A DNA stretch of 64,000 bases from Adineta vaga. Its lineage: Eukaryota > Animalia > Rotifera. This document shows, in pieces, positions 12,813 to 24,746 of the stretch. The stretch's first letter is position 1. The number at the start of each line of letters is the position of its first letter. Location of the stretch: NCBI GenBank assembly GCA_021613535.1, contig CP075496.1:9548001-9612000 (forward strand), in the 5' to 3' direction. The position numbers and the translations under genes are program-made. A model generated the notes under the pieces. That model was given only the letters and a program-made list of their open reading frames with translations, made no database searches and had not been told where the DNA came from.

Positions 12813-13232
12813 ATGAATGAAAGTATTCAAGCTTATGAAAATATTTACGGAGAAAAACCTCAACACCATTCATCATGGACACATGAATTGCTATCTGGTG
12901 CAGCAGGTTTTCAAGGCAAGTTAGATAAACTCTTATTCATATCTTCAGTCGACCTTTTGTTTTTAGCCATGAGAGCATATGAAAATCATGTACGTAATAG
13001 TGGTGAACAAGTATCACATCCGTTGATGAAAGAAATGCTTGCAAGTTTTGCTGCAGCTGAAGTTGATAAACTTTTTGAAACTAAAGGACTCGATTTTTTT
13101 GATCGAGAAAAAGCAAAATTTCAAGCTATTGAACAAGCACATCGACTTGCTGACGAGAAATATGGAGTAGGTGGAACATTTATTAGTGAAGAGCATCAAC
13201 ACCATCATCATCACCAGCACCATGAAGAATAA
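12813..13232 (+). CDS. CipC-like protein (DUF3759 family, fungal-type)
   Basis: HELLSGAAGFQAMRAYENH..SHPLMKEMLASFAAAEVDKLFETKGLDFFDREKAK is the CipC signature once a 51-nt in-frame GC-AG intron (12916-12966) is removed. Confidence 0.85.
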   Translation: MNESIQAYENIYGEKPQHHSSWTHELLSGAAGFQGKLDKLLFISSVDLLFLAMRAYENHVRNSGEQVSHPLMKEMLASFAAAEVDKLFETKGLDFFDREKAKFQAIEQAHRLADEKYGVGGTFISEEHQHHHHHQHHEE

Positions 13233-13888
13233 TCTCTAATATAAATTTCATTAAAATGCATATGTCAATTAGATCTCTACATATTTAAAAAGAACTTTAA
13301 TATAACCTTCATGTATCGTTACCGGCAATTGTGACTATGACATTTTTTATTTCAATTCTTCTAATTTAGTTTTTTATCTGTTGAATAGAATGGGATCCCA
13401 AAATATCTCATTAATTATTAGCAAAATTAAGAGATGGTTTTGAATAGAATTCCTCTGGGAATATATAAAAGAATTTATAACAAAATGACGTAGCAGATTA
13501 CTCTATTAAGACTATCTGTAAAAGCACGATATTACATGAAAATTCTTCTATTTTTTATAAAAAAAACAATAACAATCGTGGGATTCAAATTATCCCAAAG
13601 CAAAATCTAGAGATCTATCGAGTCCAATTCGAACAATTTTGTTTTAGTCTCGATTTTTTTCTACCAGTCGTGCATTACCTTTGAAACATAATTTTATAGA
13701 TATATCTCTCATGTCTGACAGTGTATGTGTTACTATTTGTCGTTTAATATTGTCTCTACTGATACCACAGTTAATAGTATCTACTACGGTAACAAATATA
13801 TATATTGAAAGAAACAGATAAATCGCTCTAGTCGGGTTCGCGTAAAGATCTAAAATGGTCTTCCGTTCTATCACTATCTATTTTTTAG

Positions 13889-15898
13889 GAGAACTCAATC
13901 TTTCTTAGTCGTCCACGTACTGGTATCAATCGTCTGAACAAATATGAATTAGAAGAAGCGCGTACTCACCGTTTAAAACACCTACGAATGTGGATAGTCA
14001 CTCGAGAAATTCTTTCCTACCTTTATTTTCTTTGGACTATCTATACACTAACATACTCAAATCGAAATAGTAATGCTTTTGTACAAGTAAATCATTTACG
14101 TCGCTTTTTTTTTAAACATTGGCCATGCTCAGCATGATTATACCAAAGTAACAGCTCTTTATTTTTTATTCGTACCCTCTCAAAGATAATTTTCATTTGT
14201 AAAAGATTACAACAATCAATGAATATTGGTCATGGTTAGAGAACAGTTTTGTTGAAAATATTCGAGCACAAAAATGGTATAACAATAAATTATCTACCGA
14301 CCTAAGAGGTTTCACTAACGATAAATTCAATCGATTAATTGGGTGGACAACAGTAAGACAAGTTCGTGTCAAATCAGGTGAGTTGTCTTTTTGCTTTAGT
14401 TATTATCTTACTATGTTTTAATGAACTTCTAGAAACTTGCAAAGCACAATCAACAACACAACTATTAAATATAACATGTGAGAGTGATTATGATTTATTC
14501 AATGAAGATCAAAGAACATTTCAACCTGGATGGATCAATGAAAATCATACAACAATTAATTATAGTTCATCCATTCGTAATGCATATCTTTATCGAACAT
14601 CGAAACAGTTGAATACTTATATTTACATAAGTGATCATAAGACATATGGAAGTGGTGAATATGTTAATGAAATTCGAGGTCTTCTCACTGATATTCAAAA
14701 GAATCTTTCTACGCTGCAAAAATTAGGATGGATCGATGAGAAAACACGAGCAGTTATCATCCAGTGTACTCTCTACAATCCAAATGCACAACTTTTTACA
14801 TCAGTTACATTTCTTGCTGAATTCTTACCTATCGGTGGAATGCTTCCAACTGCTCGTTTTGAACCCATTCATCTTCAAGGATATTTTATCATTCTCTCGC
14901 TCTAATCTAATTCCATATAAACGATTCATTCTTTTGTTTTGTAGATTTCACATCATTATTTGATATCATTTTTGGTATCATATATATAATATTCATCATC
15001 TATTTTATGATTATTGAAATTGAATTATTATGTCAAATGGAAAGGAAATATTTTCGACAATTTTGGTGTTATGTTGAATGGGGAATGATTTGTTGTTCAT
15101 GGTCAAGTATTGGAATCTATATATGGCGTTATTATGAAATGAAACGAATCGGTGAAGTATTTCGTAGAAGTAAAGGTTATGACTATGTTAATCTACAATT
15201 AGCAACATATATGAATGATACGCTAACATCTTTGCTTGGTTTTTGTTGCTTTTTTGGCACGGTAAAGTTGCTTCGTTTTTGTCAATATCATCGTCGTCTT
15301 TCACTTCTTGCCGATACACTTCGATATGTTGAAAAAGATCTTTTCTTTTTTACCACATCATTTGGAATCATGATTATGGCTTTTATTGTTCTATTCTATC
15401 TTCTCTTTGTATCAAAAATTTGGGCTTGTTCAACTCTTTTACATACAGTTCAGATGGTGTTTGAAACGATCTTAATGAAATTCAATGCAAGTGAAATTCG
15501 CGCTGCAGATTATGTTCTTGGTCCGATATGTTTTGTATTATTTATTATTTTCGTGGTATTTATCGGAAAGACAATGTTCGTTTCAATTATTAGTGATGAA
15601 TTTCGTTCGGTCCAAGAAAAATATCAACTGAATTCAAATGAAGATTTCGAAGTATTTGGATACATGTGGGACAAATTTCTTCAACAAATAGGTAATTTTG
15701 AAATGAATTACTTTATATTGGAAAAGTTGAACAGAGTTAACAAATCGTTTTATTTATGTACATGATGAATTATTTTTTTGTTTAGGATTGAGAAAACAAG
15801 CCGGATGGAAACTACAAGAAGAGAGAGATAAAAAAATGCGATCCGAATATTATGATCCGATTGAACGTTTTCCGGATAAAGTAAATCAATTGTTATAA
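13889..15898 (+). pseudogene. Polycystin (PKD1-like) C-terminal channel region, 5'-truncated and frameshifted
   Basis: EYWSWLENSF, LQKLGWIDEKTRAVII..TLYNPN, KLLRF, LGPICF..F..FV. A T9 run at 14105-14113 shifts the frame by +1; TAA at 15896; no upstream exons recognisable. Confidence 0.7.
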
Positions 15899-16308
15899 AT
15901 GCTTGATAAAGTCAGTAGAATGCATTTTGTTTTGTTCATAAGTAAAGAAAACGAATATTATTTTTTTAGATCAATATAGTTAAACAGTTTGACTCACCAA
16001 AGCAAGAGATTAACACATGCACAAAAAGCGTTCGTTACCATCGAAATCCAAAGACATAACTTGTAGAGACAAATAAAACTTGCTGACATTGCCAAAACTT
16101 CTCTATTCCTAAATTGCTTCTTGTGTATGTTCTGCAAATATGTTAGAAATCCGTGTCTTATCATATTTGATTGGACTTGAATAAAATTGTTCAGTTCATA
16201 TGGAGAATGACAAAAGCTCATTGGTATGGATGCTTATTTATGTTATGAAACATAGAAAAATACAATATTGAAAATAGTTAGGTAGTGACGTAGTCTATAG
16301 CAATTGTT

Positions 16309-17613
16309 TTAAACAATACTGGACGAAAGTAATGTTTCAGGCATAGCAAAACGTAATAAAATAAAACTAGCTGAACCAAAAATCGATAGAACCATAAATC
16401 CATAGTTGAACCCGTAAGATTCAATTATCGTTCCAGTTATAGAATTACTTAGTGTATATCCAATTCCGGATGATACACTTAGTGCACCAAGTAAGAGATT
16501 GAATCGACCTGTACCATGTGCCAAATCAGCAGCTACAAGCACAATAACGACGGCATATAGAACTGCTGCAATACCATCGAAAATTTCCGCAACAACTAAA
16601 AGTATGGGATTTCTAGTTAATACACATACAAAACTGCGTAATGGTACTGCGGCCCAACCGATCAATAATAATGGTTTACGACCCCAAATGTCTGCGCGAC
16701 GACCAACCCATGCAGCTAGAGACGCACTAATGAATTGAGTGACAATAATGCATGCAGACATAAATAATGATGATGCTCCAGGTGAATGATCACGAGCAAT
16801 CACTTGAGCCATTGTTGGAAGCATAGATGCATTACCAAAATGAAACAATATGACACAACTGACAAATATTAAAAGACGTCGATCATAAAGAATATGTGAT
16901 AGGAGTTGTCGAAAACTAACTACAGTCACATCTTTATTTGATTGGTTAGCAGCACGACTACGTTCATAATTGATTTCATGTCGACGAATACATGATAGGC
17001 CTATTAAGGTTGGAATGGAAATACTGATAACAAAGTAAAAAATCGATTCTGTAGATACATAATATCCTAGTAGGCCCATGGCTACAGCTGATACGACATT
17101 TCCAGCTGCTCCATATGCTTGATTACGGCCAATGCGTGTACCCAAATGAGTTTGTCCTACTAGACCAAGAGAAATAGCTGAAATTGCAGGACAAAACATT
17201 GGTTCCACAATGCCTAACATAATTTGACCTAAAATAACGAGCCAAAACAAAGGCCATAACGCAAAGATAAGTGCAGTTATTGGAATAATAAGAACGCCTA
17301 TAGCAATTAGAATTTGTTTATTACGTATATTATCAACTAAAGCACCCATTGGTATTTGAGATATCATAGTAGTAAAACTTGAAGCACTGAGAGCAATGCC
17401 AATACGTTGTGGTCCCCAATTTTTGCCTGCAAGGTAAGCACTTAAAAATGAATCAACACCATTGAGAACATCAGACAGAAAAAAACAGAACCAATCAAGG
17501 CCACGTCGACTCTGAATCGAAGGTTGAATGTAAAGATCTTCCTCATTCTTTTGATTTTCTCGATGTATACTATTTTCTTCGTCAGATATTTCTAAACTAT
17601 CCGTAGTTGACAT
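16309..17613 (-). CDS. MFS transporter, bacterial-type, intronless
   Basis: About 12 TM; LDWFCFFLSDV, GALVD, GRRADIWGRKPLL (MFS motif A), GTGRFNL. Confidence 0.9.
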   Translation of the reverse strand: MSTTDSLEISDEENSIHRENQKNEEDLYIQPSIQSRRGLDWFCFFLSDVLNGVDSFLSAYLAGKNWGPQRIGIALSASSFTTMISQIPMGALVDNIRNKQILIAIGVLIIPITALIFALWPLFWLVILGQIMLGIVEPMFCPAISAISLGLVGQTHLGTRIGRNQAYGAAGNVVSAVAMGLLGYYVSTESIFYFVISISIPTLIGLSCIRRHEINYERSRAANQSNKDVTVVSFRQLLSHILYDRRLLIFVSCVILFHFGNASMLPTMAQVIARDHSPGASSLFMSACIIVTQFISASLAAWVGRRADIWGRKPLLLIGWAAVPLRSFVCVLTRNPILLVVAEIFDGIAAVLYAVVIVLVAADLAHGTGRFNLLLGALSVSSGIGYTLSNSITGTIIESYGFNYGFMVLSIFGSASFILLRFAMPETLLSSSIV

Positions 17614-18374
17614 TGATCTACAGGAAAACTAGGTACGAACTTAACTTCTACTAAATTTAATATGTGCTCTTGAAAAATCTGATTGATAATAACAGTAAAG
17701 ATTTGATATTGTCGTGACAATCTTATCATAGCATGATTCATTTCTACATTGGCTATACAATGCGCAGAATATGAGTGAAAGAGTAGAAGGATACAGGTGT
17801 TTCTTACATAATCAAATTTTTACATATAACTGAGTCTATCTTTTTTTCACTCATATTATACACGATAAATCACTAACTGAATAATGTAGCATATTTGTTA
17901 TTTTGCATTCATCTTTTTACTGTTTTCTCCTTGTGGTATATGCGAAGCTTCGACATAATTTTTTAAGGTAATGAAAGGGTAAAATGATATACTCGTCGTC
18001 TTTTACTCAATGCTTCACCCGGTATAACACTATATCCAATACTTGCAATTACAATTATGAAAGTATTTGCTTCGCTGGGCATTTTCCTGAAATGTATATG
18101 TGTCATCGATTTTCATTATCCAACAATTAAAAAATGACCTAACAATTTTTAAAATAGATTTACTATAATTGAGAAATCTCATAAAATCATTCGTAATAAA
18201 CAAAAACTAAAAAGCTTGACAGATGTGAAAGAATTGTGTCCGTTTCGTTTCATATTCACGATGAAGTCGATTATTCTTGTAAGGATTCTGATTTTAGTCA
18301 TTGTTCATAACATCATTATTATATTTGATCAATCAGTAATATAACGAAAGATTATATAGTTCAATAAGATTTAT

Positions 18375-19427
18375 TTATTGATTTCGTATGTCAATAGTAC
18401 TGATAACATTCTGTAGTTCAATTTTGTCTCTGACCAATTCATGTTGATTGTTTTCTTCGTCTTGCACAGTTACTGTTAAATCTCTATGACAAATATTCAA
18501 AACACATCGTTTCAATTCCAATCGAAATGTTTTTGAAACGCAGCTGAAAATAAAAAAACTTATACAATAAGGAATATAATGAAGAAAACTGCCAAAATTA
18601 TTGAGAAAAGTATTCACAGCTATTTCCATTGCTGTTGATGTTTCATAATTCAACGTTATACTTTGACCTATTCCAATTATAATTACAATACTGCAAATAA
18701 TATAAATAATATTATGAACATATAAACAACGAAGTAATTGAAAATCTTTTTTAGTCATCGATCGAATAACACGACGTTGTTGACGAGGAATTGCCCGAAT
18801 ACGTCGAACATTCTTAAAAGCAAAAATTGATAAAGTAATCATTGTCAATGAAATAAAAACAGTGATGAATAGTGCTGAATACACAAAAAAATTTAAATAT
18901 GACGACAGTTCATAATAACAGACAAATACTGTTGGATATATCTCTTGAATATATACTTTGATGAATATATGTATATAGAATAAAGTACAAATAATTGTAC
19001 TGATACTAATCAAAAAATAAGCCAAACGTTTTGAACTATACAAACGAGTGTGAACATTTTGTGATGAGATTAAAAGACGATCGATTGATGCAAGAATAAG
19101 AATGATTGGAAAGTATATTGAGGTAACACAAGCTGTGTAATAAAATAATTTGCATAAGAAAGTATTGGAATTATGAAGATTGATTTGAAATCCAATATTA
19201 AATACAGCTCCTAATAAAGTCGAATTTATAAAGATTGTATTTGAAATAAGACAAATAATGAAATATAGAACAGAAACATTTTTTCTCCAAGATTTTTTTA
19301 GAAATATATAAAGAGTCAAGATATTACCCAAATTACCAATGAAATATAATATAGGAACAACATATTGATGAAGATAAATTGGTATCTTAATAAGAAGTTC
19401 AATAGTATAACTGTTAGATGAAGACAT
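18375..19427 (-). CDS. Class A orphan GPCR
   Basis: Likely start MSSSNS at ATG 19427; family motifs SIDRLLISSQN and MTKKDFQLLRCL. Confidence 0.9.
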   Translation of the reverse strand: MSSSNSYTIELLIKIPIYLHQYVVPILYFIGNLGNILTLYIFLKKSWRKNVSVLYFIICLISNTIFINSTLLGAVFNIGFQINLHNSNTFLCKLFYYTACVTSIYFPIILILASIDRLLISSQNVHTRLYSSKRLAYFLISISTIICTLFYIHIFIKVYIQEIYPTVFVCYYELSSYLNFFVYSALFITVFISLTMITLSIFAFKNVRRIRAIPRQQRRVIRSMTKKDFQLLRCLYVHNIIYIICSIVIIIGIGQSITLNYETSTAMEIAVNTFLNNFGSFLHYIPYCISFFIFSCVSKTFRLELKRCVLNICHRDLTVTVQDEENNQHELVRDKIELQNVISTIDIRNQ

Positions 19428-19814
19428 TGTCAAATTTGTATCATATACTTCATAGCACTGTGCTTTTATTTGTCTACTGTAATTTTTCATGTAGATCAAA
19501 TATGTTAATAACAGTGATGGTTTTTTTTATGAGTATATAATCTAATTGTTCGTCGACCATAAAATAATTAAGGATAAAAGAAAGGAAACAAATCAATAAG
19601 AGTATCATTTTCGATTTCAACTTCGTGTTTAATTTTTTAGAAAGAAAATACAAATGATTATTCGAGTGGAAGTAAGATATGTATGTATGTGGTAGATGTA
19701 ACGTCCTATAGTGATTGAAAATTAAGTTTATGTGACAGACAACTCTATTCATCGATCTTATTAATAATTATATTAACTGATAATTTATTTTACAAGAGAA
19801 TATTTATTTATTTC

Positions 19815-20400
19815 TTAAAATTCTTTATTTAACTCAATAGTACTGATAATATCAATTCGATTGACTTGGTTTTGTTGATTATCATTCTCAACCGTAGCAT
19901 AGATAAATGTTTGCATTTGATATCTTACTATAGTCATAAAACCTATACTTACACTCATATTTATACTATATGACAATATAGACAATATTGCGAACATATA
20001 AACAACAAAGTAATTGAAAATCTTCCTTATTCAACGATCGAATAAAAATAATCGTTACGAAAAGTACAGCAGTATTTTGTAATAAAGTAGAAAAAATAAT
20101 ACAGATAAAACCGCTAAGACAAATTGAAAAATAAACCAAACGTTTTGAACTATACAAACTTGGATCAGTATTTTAGAATGAATTTAAAAGACTATCAATT
20201 GATGCAAGTTAGAGTATGATAGGTAAATAAACTGAAGATGTATATGATGTATACTAAAGCATTTTATATAGCAAAAATATCCAAATATTCCATTCTAACA
20301 TTGAAACCAGGAGTAAAGATTGATTCAAATGTAGTAGGAAAATATTAGAATTTGAAAGTATCATGCTTTTTGTTTAATATGAAACTATATTTCATCTGAA
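19815..20400 (-). pseudogene. Decayed GPCR paralog
   Basis: Remnants LASIDSLL, LYSSKRLVYF, KEDFQLLCCLYV, IISTIEL with stops, frameshifts and deletions. Confidence 0.75.
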
Positions 20401-20640
20401 TTACCGTTTCTTTTACCAATTCTTGAAGATATACCGCGTCACACCGCGTTGAGTACGTCAACGGGCAGATATAATCAAACCAAATTATCAGCCAGTTTGC
20501 TGGTGGCAGTGTGAATAAATTTAATTATGTCGATTAATATTCTCTTTATATGAAAACCTTGAAGAAAAAAATGTTCATCAAATATTCTTTCATTTCCAAA
20601 GAAATATATCGAATAGAAAGTTTAAAGTCCATGTTACAAA

Positions 20641-20860
20641 ATGTCGACTTCTGATGATTATCTTATCAAATTTATTAAATCGTATTGTTGTTTTTCATCT
20701 ATTGTTTTGGTGATCTTCTCATCTGCATCGTTGACAATATCGGAATCTTCTTAAGTGTGTTGATTTTTTCGAAAAGATCTAGGAGAAAAAATGTTTGTGT
20801 TTTCTATTTAAAAGTATATGAGATTTTGAACTTGCTGAATATTAATTCTGTTATACCTCT
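20641..20860 (+). pseudogene. GPCR 5' fragment
   Basis: MSTSDDY start, a frameshift, then NIGIFLSVLIFSKRSRRKNVCVFYLK; truncated after TM2. Confidence 0.7.
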
Positions 20861-21108
20861 AGTTATAAGAACAAAAAAGTATGTAATTTAAATATTGCCA
20901 AAGAAACTTTTTGATTAAATAGAAAAAACGTTATTTCAGACGATTAGTTTTATCTTGACAACTTATAAATCTAAAAAATACTTTTAAAGAAAAGATTACA
21001 TCTGTTACTTTCTTTGAGCGATGACAAAACAAAAATTTACTAGATGATTCTTACTTAATAGTAATTTCGTACTAGGTAATACTTCAAATACAGCTATTCC
21101 ATTCAAAA

Positions 21109-22125
21109 ATGTCCTCATCAAACAGTTCTAACAATGATTTCTTACATAATATAATTATTCGTATCTATCGATTTGGTAATCCTGTAATCTACATTATTGG
21201 TAATATTGGAATCTTCTTCAGTGCATTGATTTTTTCAAAAAAATCTTGGAGAAAACATGTTTGTGTATTCTATTTCAAAGTTTGTCTTTTTCTTAATTTT
21301 GTTTATCTAAATTCTACTGTATTGCCAATGAGTTTTATTATTGGTCACAATATCAACATTCTGAACTCAAATACCTGGTTATGTAAAATTCTGTTTTATA
21401 CAGTACTTGTCTGCAGTATGCTTTCACCAACTGTTCTTGTTCTTGCTTCGATCGATCGTCTACTAATCTCTTCACAAAATGTCGATACACGCTTGTATAG
21501 TTCGAAACGTTTGGCACATTTTTCGATCAGTATAAGTTCAATATTCTGGATTCTATTCAATATTCATACATTAATCAAAGTGAATGTTCAAGAGATGTTT
21601 CCAACAGTCTTCGTTTGTTATTGGGATCTTTCGGAACGATATCTAAACTTTGTCTATTATTCTTTAATGATTTTTAACTGTTTATTTTGTTTTCTAATGA
21701 TTATTTTATCTATATTATCTTTCAAAAATGTTCATCATTTACGATCTATACCGAATGAACAACGTGATCGAGTTCATTCGATGACAAAAAAAGATTTTCA
21801 ATTACTTCGTTGTTTATTTATTCATGGTATTATTTATCTTATCTTTAGTATTCCACCAAATTCATATACAGTTTATACAATGACGACAAAAAGTAAAGAA
21901 GATCTATTGAGTGATTTTGTAAATGATTTATTCACTTTTTGGTATTCAATATTTCATACAAGTAGTTTCTTTATTTTTATTCGTGTATCAAAAACATTTC
22001 GACATGAATTTAAACGAATGATTTACAAACGATTTGGTCAACATTTGGCACCATTACGAGAAGAAAATGTTGCCATTATCAATACAAACATAATGATATC
22101 GGACAGAAAAGTAACTTCTACCTAA
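21109..22125 (+). CDS. Class A orphan GPCR
   Basis: Intact 338 aa with the family motifs. Confidence 0.9.
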   Translation: MSSSNSSNNDFLHNIIIRIYRFGNPVIYIIGNIGIFFSALIFSKKSWRKHVCVFYFKVCLFLNFVYLNSTVLPMSFIIGHNINILNSNTWLCKILFYTVLVCSMLSPTVLVLASIDRLLISSQNVDTRLYSSKRLAHFSISISSIFWILFNIHTLIKVNVQEMFPTVFVCYWDLSERYLNFVYYSLMIFNCLFCFLMIILSILSFKNVHHLRSIPNEQRDRVHSMTKKDFQLLRCLFIHGIIYLIFSIPPNSYTVYTMTTKSKEDLLSDFVNDLFTFWYSIFHTSSFFIFIRVSKTFRHEFKRMIYKRFGQHLAPLREENVAIINTNIMISDRKVTST

Positions 22126-22479
22126 AACTATAAGGAGCATTCAAAGTTATCTAAAGATAAAATGAACTTTATTCAATATATCATCGGAAAAATGTTCTTG
22201 TGTTCTTTTACTTCTTCTACATCATTAAATTATGAATAGAAATAATTGAGCGTGTGTAAGAGCGATAGGATCATCTATTGAGATCTGGTCGATATAATAG
22301 AATCTCGTTTTTGTTATCGAAATGAATTTTCTTAAACAATACTTTTCTATCATAAAATTCATTTGAAATGTTATAGTAAAAGTTCATCATATAATATCTA
22401 ATTATTCGATTTTATTTTGTATATAATTCATAAATATCATCAACATTTCATTCTTGACTATAAACTTGAAAATCATCTA

Positions 22480-22923
22480 TATCACCAAAATATAGTATGT
22501 GCATTCGTTGAAACATGAAGTATAATGTCAGAGTGAGTAAAAGGACGGATTCAAAGTGATATTGAAAATGCTTTATTTGTAATACCAAGAGAAAGTAAAC
22601 GACTTATTTGAAAGTAAGAAGATACTGAACCATTAAAATGAATAGCTTCACAAAGGCGACGCGACGAAATACTTGGAATTAACGATGTTATGGTTTGAAG
22701 AAAATTCGAACCAGCATCGATGTTGAATACTTCAGTATCAAATATAAAATAAGTAACTCCTATTTTTATTCCAAGTATTTCACAAGTTGATTTCGCTCGA
22801 TCATCATCGCCATAAAATCCTATATCTACAATGTTGTGATTTTTCTGGTTGAAATTTAATGTACGACAAAGTTTTGTTGATGAACATAATTAAGTACAGA
22901 ATAGTATGGATTTTGCATTCGTT
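22480..22923 (-). pseudogene. Degenerate PAN/apple plus LamG-like (concanavalin-fold) gene fragment
   Basis: Manual translation: C..*LCSSTKLCRTLNF..., EAIHFNGSVSSYFQI...LGITNKAFSISL*IRP with internal stops. Confidence 0.5.
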
Positions 22924-23597
22924 CTGAAGAGAAAAACAGCATCGTCATTCATCAGAAAATATTCAACATAATCGACTATATTGATGAGGTTAGTTGATTA
23001 GTAAACAGATTAATACACAAGATCCTAATTAGTTTGAACAACAGATGAAAAACAAAATTTTCTTATCGAATGAACTAAATGAGAACTGCGTCGTGTAAAT
23101 ATATTCTTGTTTTTACGGCATGACATTCTAATTATAATATTGTTCAAGTATAAAAGTATCATTGATGTAAATACGTACTAGTAAGTTATACTCTAAAATA
23201 TATTTTCAATCACTGTATGTGAAACAAAAATAAGATTGAACAATTCGACGGTATACATTTCAAACTATAAATTATATTTGTATAATTCAGTGGCAAATAT
23301 CATCATTTTCAAACAGTTGGAATAAGAATTAATTTGATTGATAAAAGTTTAATACATTGTTGTATTCCAATGAACATTAAGACTAGTTTGATAATTCTTA
23401 TAATGACCTCAAAAGAATATGAGAAAATGAAAGTTGATGCTGAGTAAATGTAATTTAAGTAGAAGAAACAAGAAAACAAAATTCCTTCGAATTTGAAATA
23501 TGACCATAGTTAAAAATAACACGAAATAATGAAGGGAAAATATATTAAGTAAGAATGCCTTTTGGATATGTATACTTCACCATATTACTTTAGATGA

Positions 23598-23994
23598 TGT
23601 TAGAGGATGATATACGTCATCCTCTTTAGTTAGTGACATGACTTTTCTCTCGTTCTTCACATATGTTATATATACTTTTTTTTCTGTTCTGCACATATCA
23701 TATGTTCCATGTTGTCTGTTCTCTTCACCTATGTTTCTACATTTCATCATCTTTCGTTACCTCGATGTATTCACTTGATTTCATCATTTAGTGATTGTTC
23801 ACTGATATCTTCTCGTGATTTCATCATCCACTTCATTGTTCTAGTCTTTCCCTCTTTGTGTTATCATCGATCTCTCGATCTCTCGCTCATTGTGTTCACT
23901 TTCTATAAATACTGCGTGATTTTTAGCAATAAACATTCATTCATTCACTCGTTCATCTATCAATCTTATTTGCTCTTCGAGCGACCCGCTCACA
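23598..23994 (+). mobile_element. Solo LTR (397 bp) of an LTR retrotransposon
   Basis: Begins TGT, ends ACA; perfect 5-bp TSD GATGA at 23593-23597 and 23995-23999; TATAAATA 23904-23911 and AATAAA 23928-23933; pyrimidine-rich and compositionally distinct from flanks. Confidence 0.85.
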
Positions 23995-24746
23995 GATGAT
24001 TAAACCATAATCACGAACTGTCAAAGAGGTCAAGTAATTTCCTAGCTGTATATCTAATGATTGAGAACTATGTGAACAAGATATTCCTATCAATTAGAGA
24101 CGAAGAACATATCGGTGGCGAATCATGATAAAAGTTTCGAACTCTTCCGCGAAAAAAAGCACATGAACAACATGTACTGTTCGTTTACTTTTCTTTTGAT
24201 AATATGAATACAAAAGCGAGTCGATCGTATATTAGTATATAATGTAGTTTAAAGTTTTCTTTGACATGGAATCTTGAGTTTTTTCTAAAGTATTATATTG
24301 TTCAAATTACTTAATGGAAAGAGATTATCAATTTTATTTCACTTGCTAATAATTATTTCTAATATTTTAATTTGACTTAAGAAGATCTATCTGGTTTTCA
24401 TAATAACATGAGAAATATTATTTTCTATAAATTATTCATAGACTGAAGAATAGTCTGTCATAAATAAGAGTGAAATTTATTCTTTCCAATCGATATTTCG
24501 AACAAGACTATACTTTTTGCAATATATATAAGTTTGAAAAAACAACGAGATAAGACATCTTCTGGAATTTAATCTTTGAATATATTCATGACTTTCTTAT
24601 CTTTTTTCAAAATCTTTTCTTAGAGTATAAATCCTGTTATCCCATAACCATAATTAGTAGTTCTAGGGCAGAACTCGTAAGAAGATTAAATAATAGATTC
24701 CATAATTTGTATATTCAAAACAGCAGTTCAACACATAATCGTGAAT

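Noticed and set aside
9400-17613. Bacterial operon or contaminant interpretation of the foreign-type genes
   Set aside because: Spliceosomal introns, uniform AT content and interleaving with animal GPCR and polycystin genes.
17900-18120. Possible degenerate membrane-protein fragment on the minus strand
   Set aside because: Too short and ambiguous to assign.
20433-20470. Small GC-rich hairpin (CGTTGA..TCAACG) as a Helitron 3' end
   Set aside because: No CTRR terminus at the expected distance and no identifiable 5' end.
23709-23999. 96-aa hydrophobic ORF
   Set aside because: Lies inside the pyrimidine-rich solo LTR; a compositional artefact.
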